A stretch of 57,576 bases of DNA, filler included, from Sphacelaria rigidula (Eukaryota), in the NCBI GenBank assembly GCA_964200075.2. It is 6 parts of 6 records of this genome, joined end to end, with 100 filler letters (N's around TTAATTAATTAA, not from the genome) between each part and the next. Parts side by side here need not be neighbours in the genome. Positions count along the whole stretch, not along the records: positions 48,066 to 57,576 come from CAXNAA020008326.1; 5 more parts are not named here. The stretch is one strand, 5' to 3'. The notes below the pieces were generated by a model. The model worked only from the letters and a program-made list of their open reading frames with translations, did not search any database and was not told where the DNA came from. This document shows positions 48,843 to 57,576 of this stretch, in pieces (within the stretch, counting starts at the first letter, position 1; the number at the start of each line of letters is the position of its first letter). A program made the position numbers and the translations under genes.

Positions 48843-49135
48843 TATTAACTTTTGAACCCGTGCCCTTCCTCGAGACGAGTCCCTGGTCTCAAGGGATCAG
48901 CCCATATCTCCCCGGTACACGCCTTGCATTTTGGTCTCGCGCATTGAGTGAATATTTCCGCACTGCGTCAACTCTCGTCAGCCGTACTTGGTCGTCTACT
49001 TCTTGTTTGCTCACGTACTGACGCTTTCGACGGTGGATATCAGATGGAAGAAAAAAACCAACGCAACGGGAATCGAAACCCCGTTCTCTCCACCCTACTG
49101 GTGACAATCGGGCCATTGCCATATCGGGGAGCGGC
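48843..49135 (-). mobile_element. tRNA-derived SINE family B
   Basis: Minus-strand head GCCGCTCCCCGATATGGCAATGG (A-box-like) ... GGTTTCGATTCCC (B box), followed by a body and a TAATAAT tail. Confidence 0.55.
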
Positions 49136-50189
49136 GGCAGCGGAAAATTGCTGTACAGGCAAGTATACCTGAATTGTGAAAAGGACTGAGGAAGCAACGA
49201 TCGAGTTCGCATAAAAGAGTCGGGTATGGCGAGAGAAACACAGAGATGACCGTTTTCTGTCTCAGTTTTGGGACCCATGCGACAAGTGCGATAACCCAGA
49301 ATGGCCCCATGAAGAACAAGGACCAAACGCGAAAAAAATCCCGAAAAATATGCAAGAGTAGAACGACTTCGAAGCGAAATCCGGATTCACTTGTTATCGT
49401 CTAGTATCCTACAGTAAGCGTTCTTGTTCCTGCACCTTGGGTACGTCCATCTTTTGATCGCCGCTGGGTTCGTGGCGAATCACTTGAATGTTAATGTGCG
49501 TCAGCCGAATTACTCAAACAAAATAAATCATACATATATACCGCAACCTACCAATTTTTTATCAAAGCGCAACTCACACGTGGACAACCTGATTCCGTCA
49601 CAGTGTTCGCAGCTGCATCCTGAACCATGTATACGCAAAGTTACAGTTCCCTACTCAATCTATTGCGTGTCTGTACATACTGTAGAGTCACCGATATCTC
49701 ACCGGATACCGAATACCCATGCTACTGTCAGAACACGCTACTTGCTGACACACAAAACATACAACAAAACGACTAAACAAGCGGCGGCACTCTTTGTACC
49801 ATATCGGTAGTTGGCAGCACGGTGACATGCTCGTCATTGATTTTCATATTCCTAGGTAGCAACGAGGCTCATATCGTTCCAAAACCCCGGTGGCTCCCTT
49901 ATTGCGTCCCTGTCTGTATATCGCCGGGCCGACTTCATTTGACACTACAGTGGGGGTCCCACCGCAGTACGGTAACAAATCACATGCCATCCGATGCGCT
50001 ATACTCACGCCAAGTGTATGCACTATACCGTCAAAGTACAGGAGTCTCTAGCCCAGTTCGATCATGCCGGGCTGGCGACCAACCCCACAACGCTTGGAAA
50101 CCGGGTTTTTATGTCAGGTGGCAACGTGAGCTCCTTATACGTACGATGGCACAATAGAGTTTCCATCATCGAACCAAAATTTCCTAGCT

Positions 50190-51910
50190 ATACTCCCGAA
50201 TTGAACACGTGACCATGCACCAGGCTGCACGGGACACATACGTGATGCGAACAAAACAAGTCCCCTGTTACGATGAAGTAGACGAGACTTAGTAGTGGGT
50301 GCACCCCCATCACACAACCCAACCATCGTGTACGAACCTCTCGTTCAAGAAGGCAGATACGGACGAGAAACAAGACAAGAAAACTCAAACACCTCATGAG
50401 TACGGCACGAAGCAATTTACATCATCGACTTTTTTCCACCGTCACTTCCGAAAGAAACACGTGGCAACGAACAAGACCAGACACATACGCGATGCGAACG
50501 AAACAAGTCCTCTATTCCGATTATGTAGACGCGACGCGGTGGTGGCTTCAGTCCCCACAACACAACACAACCCAACCATCGCGTACGAATCTCTCGTAGG
50601 AGATGGCAGATGCTGACAACGAAATGCAAGGGGAAAAATCGTACACCTCACGAGTATGGCACGAAGCATTCTCAGCATCGAAGAAACTTCCCACCTGTGC
50701 TCCCGAAAATGAACACGTGAGCTTGAACATGAAAACACGGGACGTATACGTGATACGAACAAAGCAAGTCTCCAGTTCCGATGGCGTAAACGCGACCTGA
50801 TGGTGGCTCCAGCCCTCAAGGCCCAACCCAACTGTCGTGTACGAATCTTTCGCGCGAGGAGGCACATGCTGACAACGAAAAACACGCGAAAATTTGAACA
50901 CCTCATGAGTGTAGCACGAAGCATTTCTATCATCGAAGAAACTCCTCACCCATACTGCCGAAATGAACACGTAACTATGTGCATGGCTACACGGGACGCA
51001 TACGTGATTCGAACAAAATAAGTATCCTGTTTCCATTTTGTAGACGGGACTCGGTGGTGGCTCCAGTACCTACTGCACAATGCAACCGTACGTACGAATA
51101 TTTCGTAGGAGACGGCAGATACTGACGAGAAACGAGACAGGGAAACTCGAGCTCTTGTGAGTACGGCACGAAGCATTTTTATTCTCGAAGAAAAACTCCT
51201 CACCTGTACTCCCGAAAAGGAACACGTGCAATGAACGAGATCATTCGGGACACGAGCGTGGTACGAACAAAACAAGTCCCCCGTTATGATGACGTAGACG
51301 CGACCTGGTGGTGGCTCGGGCCGCTACTGCACAACCCAACCATCATGTGCGAATCTTTTTCGTGAGAAGGCAGATGCTGACAATAAAATACACGGGAAAC
51401 TTCAAACACTTCATGAGGACGGCACGAAGTATTCTTCGTATCGTGGAAACTTCCGTCCTTTGTTGCCGAAAAGAAACGCGTGACAATGAACGAGATCACA
51501 CGGGACGGAGACATGATACGGACAAAGCAAGTCTCCTGTTACGGTGACGTAGACGCGACCTGGTGGTGACTCCAGCCCCTACGGCACAACCCAACCGTCC
51601 TACACGAATCCTTCGGAGGAGACGGCAGATACTGACAAGAGAACAAATGGGGAAATTCGAGCACCTTGTGAGTGTACGGCGAGAAGCATTTTCCATAACC
51701 GAACAAACTTTCCGCCTATACTCCCGAAAGGAACACATGACACACACGCGATACGAACAACACAAGCCCCCTGCTAGAATGACGTAGACGCGACCTGGTG
51801 GTGGCTCCAGCCCCTACGGCACAACCCAACCATCGACTACGAATATTTTTCTTGAAAAGGCAGATAATGACGAGAACAACCCAGACGGGAAAGTTCGAAC
51901 ACATAATATG
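50190..51910. repeat. Tandem array of 7 diverged ~250-bp units
   Basis: CAAGTC-type anchor at ~50257, 50504, 50765, 51019, 51273, 51528, 51763; conserved blocks GTAGACGCGACCTGGTGGTGGCTCCAG, CACAACCCAACC, TACGAAT, GGCAGAT.CTGAC and GAGTACGGCACGAAGCA. Confidence 0.9.
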
Positions 51911-53268
51911 TTCTTCTAAGGTACATGCCCTACACCACCTCCACAAGGACTCCCGGAACAGTGAGCATCAAACATTACACCCAAAGCGGTGTGTGTGTGG
52001 GGGGGAGGGGGGGGGAGGGGGTACACTTCGAGAACAACAGAGCATGTTCCCCCCTTTCAAGACGATGCGGTTGCCAACAGTTCGCGATCCTTGCCGATGC
52101 GCTGGTTCAGCCACAGATATGAACCTAAAGACAAACGAAAATCACAACACGGCGAAAACCGAGGAAATACGGACAAGCGCGTGCGCACACACGTTTTACA
52201 TACCATGCGCTCCAACAGGAGCAGTGCTTGTGTGGCCAGCCTACGGCAGGCTGGCTTCATGCTACTGCCGACGCCTGGATGGCGGCAAGAAAAATCCCTG
52301 TATGACGTCACCGAAACCCTGCTCCCGTTCGTGTTGGGAAGCAATGACGGCAGCGGTGGTGGGTGCAGCGATCGTAGGGGTAGGAACAGTGTCTTCTTCT
52401 GTGCACTCGTTCCACAGCGCCTCTACAAATGGCGACAGCACGTCTTCCAGGCTGCCCATCACATCCAACCATGATTCTTGATCAGTGGGGCTGCTTTCCT
52501 CGCTGCCGTCGCTGCTACATGGACTACCCAATGGTGCGACAGTCACCATCTCAATGACGGTTTCCATGAACATGTCTTCCCACACCATACGACGGTTGGT
52601 GTTCTCAGAGATGGGGGTATCACAAATACCCTTTTGGTGGGGGTTCGGGGTGAGGTCAGAAAAAAACAGGCGCGCGGGAGAATGATACGTAGGAAACGAG
52701 GCGGGGGAGGGGATAGGAGGGGAAGGGAAGATCGGGGGGGGGGCAGTGAGATTATCATGTGAGTGCGTTGTTGTGGCGCTGTGCTCTATGGTGGAGAGGT
52801 ATTGAATGAGGAGGGTAGCCCCCGCGGTGGCAGGCGGTTTTGCAGAGAGGTGCCCTGCCGGTGCTCAGCTGTCACAACAGCTTAGATAGTCACAAGGAAC
52901 GTCGGAACCACTCGGTTACGAGGACGGTAATTTACCATTCATGACATGACGTATCGATACTCTTTTGGGATCCCGTAGCATCCAGATTCACTGTGGTCGC
53001 TACATTACCAACACGACGAATACTACTGCTACTCCCACTAAAACAGTGGCTAAACCTGCAACTACTAGTGCAACTGGTGAGAGAAACTAGTGTATATATA
53101 TATATACTGTGGCCGGACCTAGCCCCTAGCCTGATGCTCTCGAATCATGTGGTCAGACAGTGGTGGTATACCGCGACACGCACATGACCGACAGAACCAA
53201 TATACGGAAGAATGTACCCTTCTACCCCATGTAGAATGCCTTGCTACATGGCATCGCAACTAACTCAC

Positions 53269-53906
53269 CGAGATAGATTGGGGGTAAGGGCACGCCTCGG
53301 CAGTAGTCGATGCTGTAATTGCTGTAAGCGGAGGTGGAGAACAGGACGGCGACGGCGGAATATTTTTCCTAAGCGACTTGAGGAAGCCGCGAAGCCGCGC
53401 ACTGTCCGGGACGAATTCGGGTGGCGCTAAGTCTTGCAAGCACAGACTCAGCTGGTGCCGAGCGCCATCGCCGTCGGCTTGGAACGAGCTGTTGGCGGAT
53501 GAGGCTGAGGAAATTTCGTCCGTCTCATCGCCACTTCGTTCGCAGCTCGCCTTCTGGGGAGTGCATTTGTCCGCCACACAGAAACCGTCGTCGGATCTGC
53601 TGGCGGCTTCGCCCATCCTCGTGTCGAAACAGCTATGGTTGTGTTCCCTGTCTGCGATTCCCTTGAACAGCGCATCGTCGCAACCGTCGACCCCGACGCC
53701 GGGTTCCGCAGGCCTCGGGCTGGGACAAGTCTCTTCGGCAGCGTCAGCGCCATCTCCACTTTTCTCGCTGATGCCTCTCGCGCCGGGTGCTTGGCTGCTG
53801 GGTTCAGCCGAGAAGCCGAGCTTTGCTGCCAGACTCCTAGTATGGGCGCTTTCATTGTAGAACCCGCGATGCGTCTTGATCGGAGTGGCTGTCAAACACG
53901 GTTCAT
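53269..53906 (-). CDS. Internal exon of an unidentified gene (low-complexity S/E/D/A-rich)
   Basis: Lies in the 246-codon ORF 53260-54000; cccCAG acceptor and TCG|GTGAGT donor; phase 1/0. Candidate upstream exons 54675-54726 (phase 0/1, GTGAGC donor) and 56988-57119. Confidence 0.55.
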
Positions 53907-55364
53907 CTGGGGTGATGGTAAGGTTTTCGGGGAAGACACGAGTGCGCAGGGGCAAAGGGTCACCCCGAAGCTCTCCCACGTTTCCCAGGACCGTCACCAA
54001 GCGAGATAAATATATGAAATTTCATTTTTTTCTCAATGTATAGACGTGTTGTACTGGTATGGGGATGCCCTTGGGTGGTACTCACAGGACAAATAAATAG
54101 ATAATCGATGCAAAATGGGGCGGCGAGACCAATACCACATCACCAAAATTGCGACCAAGGAACAAACCGGGTACTCATATATAGGCACAGGTAGGACAAA
54201 GATGGTTTTGTTTTCCTTGCCGCTGTTGCAGTTGCTGTTGCTGCTTTCGTCGCTGATGCTGTTGATGTAGTCTCTGCAAGGCCGCGATTTAATAATATCT
54301 CCGAAAACTGCACGCAGGTCAGGACATCATGTTATCTCAACAAACACTCGGTCTTTTTTCTTGTTTCCGTCGCCTCGACAAAGGGGAAGTCACCACGATC
54401 GAATATGCACGGATTCATTTACCGCATGGCTGGTGCAATGCTGCAGGATGAAATTTCGAATATGGCTTTATCGGCTGTTCAGTAACGCTATTTCAGAAAC
54501 ACAATCTTCACATATTCCCCGGCGACATACAGCCAAGATATTCGTATACAGTAGGCTTAATATGATTGCGCTTACTGTACAGTATTTCGATGTTGACATG
54601 GCGTATCTAATACGGTATGTTGTCATCGAAACATTTGGTATCATAGCCGCGCGCGTTATACATACATCGCTCACCCTCTGCCTTCTCATCATGGGCGGTG
54701 GAGTATCGCCTGCTTTGTTCGACACCCTGTCATCTGACGCATCGTTTCCTCAGTAGTACTGCCGCTTGACCGGGCTGAAACGGACAGTCCACGCCCCGCT
54801 TTTTTCAAAGCGTATTCACCGTATATACCGCAAAGTATCATGTGGCCGACGCCAAAACAACATTTATGTTTTGAAGGGGTTACGACGCCTAGAGCACCCC
54901 GGCCATTTGAAAACTCCGAGCATATGTGCGCGTGTGCGCATGCTCAAAAACATGCCTTGATTCTACCTCGCTGCTGCTACCCTACTGCGCAATCCAGCTT
55001 CGCACGCGGCACGATGTAGACGGCCGCGATCTCTTCAAATGGATGAGCAGATCGGAGTAAAAAAAGCAGTGCTACTGACACGCATTGCTTTTCATTAACA
55101 GCATCTAATTTCCGTTGTTGGGAACATGAGCACATGGGCAGCAGAAAACAATGGACTGAAGTCAACGCGGTGCCGCAGTGAGTGCTGATTCAATCCGCGA
55201 TATAGCCAAATGTTTCAGGTATATACCGGAGGAGAGATGGATTGACAGACTACAGACATGGCTCGAATAGGGCGAAAGGTGAAAGTATGATGAAAACTGA
55301 ACGTAGCAGCAGCAGCAGCACTAGCAGTAGCAGTAGTAGTGGTGGTAGTAGTAGTAGTAGTAGT

Positions 55365-55722
55365 GTGTTGTGTTGTCATCCCATCTATTCTGGACACCGG
55401 TCTACACCTTCCGGTATATGTGGGCGCATCAGCCGGGGTCACACAGGAGGAAGGTCAACGCAGAAGTTTTTTTGTTTTCATTTGTTTTAGTACCCCACCT
55501 TCCTTCTGCGGTGTTTGCCTTCTTCTTTTTTATCGCGAAAGGGGTTCGGCAGTCCCTTTCCCTCGTCGACCGTCAAGTCGAATTTTGTGTACCCACGACG
55601 TAGTCGCTCTCCACTGTTCGGCATGGTGTGAGAAAAAATCCCAGATTGCTCCGAGAATTAAACCCACAACCCAGCCGTCAGAAGATTTCGAGGTTACCAA
55701 CCGAGCCACCGGGGCGACCGGC
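55365..55722 (-). mobile_element. Full-length tRNA-derived SINE family A
   Basis: Head GCCGGTCGCCCCGGTGGCTCGGTTGG (A box) ... GGTTTAATTC (degenerate B box); ~360 bp; (AGT)n on both flanks; two further copies in the window. Confidence 0.8.
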
Positions 55723-55964
55723 GCTCAGTAGTAGTAGTAGTAGTAGTAGTAGTATTGAAAATATGACCATGATTGTATCAGCTACCGATGGCAAACGAGA
55801 ATTTCGGTCGAACCCTTTCGCCCGACTGGGAAACACGACGTAATAACGAGGAGGCGGAGCCCGAACGAGGTGGTCCGTGTAAGACCTGAAAGCCAGCATT
55901 CGTCGGGATTTACGTTGATTAAAGTCTTCACCACTGCCGTAAAACACATTGCGTGAGTGAAGCG

Positions 55965-55965
<1 letters not shown>

Positions 55966-55999
<34 letters not shown>
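55966..55999. repeat. (TA)n microsatellite
   Basis: Direct read. Confidence 0.95.
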
Positions 56000-56002
<3 letters not shown>

Positions 56003-56549
56003 GCATAACAATTGCATTGTTCATCTTTTTCCTGATGAGACAGCGGTAAATTTCTTTGGGCCGCTGACAAGCCGGCATTCTCATGACTCGAGCGCTGACA
56101 GACCTCTGTTTGGCTTTGGAGTATTCAACCATGGAAAACGTTGACAAAGGGCTTGCTTTTTTATTATGCTCGTAGTCTTCGCTACCCGCCTGACCCCTTT
56201 TGTGTTGCCAGCACAGCTTCAAACTAACTGTCTGTAGTGTTGCTGTGGGACACAAAGCAGGGGACAGAGCGATGTCACGCTGACTGTTTCTTGCCGTTGT
56301 ATGCCACCACTGGTGAGAAAATGTTCGCATGCACGGTCAAGCAGCAGCAGCAGCAGCAGCGGCATCAGCATCAGCATCAGCAGCAGCAGAAGTAGCACTA
56401 TGGAGACAGTAAAAAAGGAGAGCACTTCCAACGCTGCGACATGCGCGCAAGGTCAAAACACGCTGGACATGAGGCTGATCTATGGTGCATGACCAACCCG
56501 ACTGGTCACTAGGATCGCAAATTGAGTCGGGGTCAGGATAACCAGCGCA

Positions 56550-56595
56550 GAGTACAGTACAGTACAGTACAGTACAGTACAGTACAGTACAGTAC
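56550..56595. repeat. (AGTAC)n pentanucleotide microsatellite
   Basis: About 9 units. Confidence 0.95.
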
Positions 56596-56987
56596 GGTGC
56601 AGTGCAGTATCATGACTTCGTCTTCTCCCTCACTACTCGCCGCGTGGCCGACTTCCCTTTGTCTGCGGGACCTCCCACTGCCAGCTCAAAATGAAAAAAT
56701 GGTCTGCGTTGACTAGTTCGAATATCGAAGCTCAAAAGTCCATCCTCACCTGTTTCTCATTCATAAAAAACGCACCTCCGCCAAATGATGTGAGAGAAAA
56801 AGCTGCCGCCTGGTGTACCCGGCCGCACAGAAAGCCCAAGGATGAGAGCCTGGCCATGTACCGGGAATGGTCACATCATGGCGACCGTAGTTTCGCCCAC
56901 TAGCAACATAGACTCATGTTGCGCATTATAATAGCAACCCACATGAGGGAGAGGGGGTGTTTTTTGTATGGATAGATCATGATGAAC

Positions 56988-57119
56988 CGTCGCCGGCTCC
57001 GCCCGGTGCTCTATCAGCTTGGTTCGGATCGCTTTCATGACAATTCGTTGCCGCGCTTCACCCAGTGCACTGCCAACGCGGTCGAGGTCGCTTCCAGATC
57101 GTGGCTGTGCCCTTCGCAC
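56988..57119 (-). CDS. Candidate exon of the contig-6 minus-strand gene
   Basis: ggTAG acceptor; VRRAQPRSGSDLDRVGSALGEARQRIVMKAIRTKLIEHRAEPAT; weak GTTCAT donor. Confidence 0.3.
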
Positions 57120-57374
57120 CTACCGCAATATTTTTCGGGAAATGAAAAAAAGTATATGGGCACTTTCCGCGCACCGTTCCGGGGCTTTTTGATCCTCAAC
57201 AAAAAGCTCCATCCACAAATGTTTTGATATGCTGTTCTTTACGTTAGAATGCTGATCATATTAGGGTGAAGTGCGTTGCCTTACGGGACGCAGCCCGTGA
57301 TGCACTAGGAAAGGGGTAGACTTTTGCAACACCATAGAGCTGGTCCACGTGGGTGTCTCGGGCGGGGGTGGAGG

Positions 57375-57576
57375 TAGGGGGGTGTACTTATCATTCTGCA
57401 TGCTGTAGTCATAGAAATTTTGACCTCTCATCCCTACAAACTAGGGCGGAGAGCGCCGGGGTTTCGCACGACTAGGCTCGCAGTCAAGGTGGGGGGTGGA
57501 GGGGGGGGGTATACTCATGACCATGCATACCATAGTCATTAGACCATTGACCTCGCATCCCTACAAGCCGGGACGG
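57375..57576 (+). repeat. Two head-to-tail partial copies of the G-tract repeat
   Basis: GGGG-TGTACT.ATCAT..GCATGC..TAGTCAT...TTGACCTC.CATCCCTACAA at ~57375 and ~57490. Confidence 0.85.

Noticed and set aside
50190..51910. The array as a CRISPR, a hammerhead-ribozyme array or shuffled LRR/TPR exon modules
   Set aside because: Whole units are homologous (no unique spacers) and no cas genes are present; CTGANGA..GAAA occurs in one unit only with no stem II; there is no conserved open AG..GT exon.
55640..55722. tRNA gene
   Set aside because: A/B boxes are present but there is no acceptor-stem closure, and it continues into a repeated body; it is a SINE head.
56031..56075. CTGATGA followed by a CAGCGG/CCGCTG stem as a hammerhead ribozyme
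   Set aside because: The required GAAA after stem II is absent.
1..57576. The window ends are inverted copies of each other, suggesting a 57-kb TIR element (Polinton or virus-like)
   Set aside because: They lie on different contigs and belong to a high-copy repeat at which contigs break; no viral or Polinton genes are visible.

Overview
Eukaryotic, intron-rich and transposon-rich DNA whose splice sites, repeat types and gene content look like a brown alga or related stramenopile (inference). The window is not one locus. It is six contigs (1-9513, 9614-19126, 19227-28739, 28840-38352, 38453-47965, 48066-57576; five of exactly 9513 bp, the last 9511 bp) joined by identical 100-bp N44-TTAATTAATTAA-N44 linkers, so nothing should be inferred across the linkers. 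Most six-frame ORFs are noise because the real genes are spliced. Contig 1 holds two in-phase exons of a probable subtilisin-like (S8) protease precursor, with a decayed antisense LINE in the intron. Contig 2 holds 9-11 phase-consistent exons of the N-terminal part of the flagellar central-pair gene CFAP74/FAP74. Contig 6 holds exon(s) of an unidentified minus-strand gene and a 7-unit, ~250-bp diverged tandem array. The remainder is TE debris: a gag/LTR fragment, a spliced hAT transposase terminal exon, a piggyBac relic, a composite hAT element with an 8-bp TSD, several fold-back/MITE families, two tRNA-derived SINE families and microsatellites. I found no demonstrable new biological system; the best leads are the ~250-bp array and the fold-back elements that share a core but have different termini.
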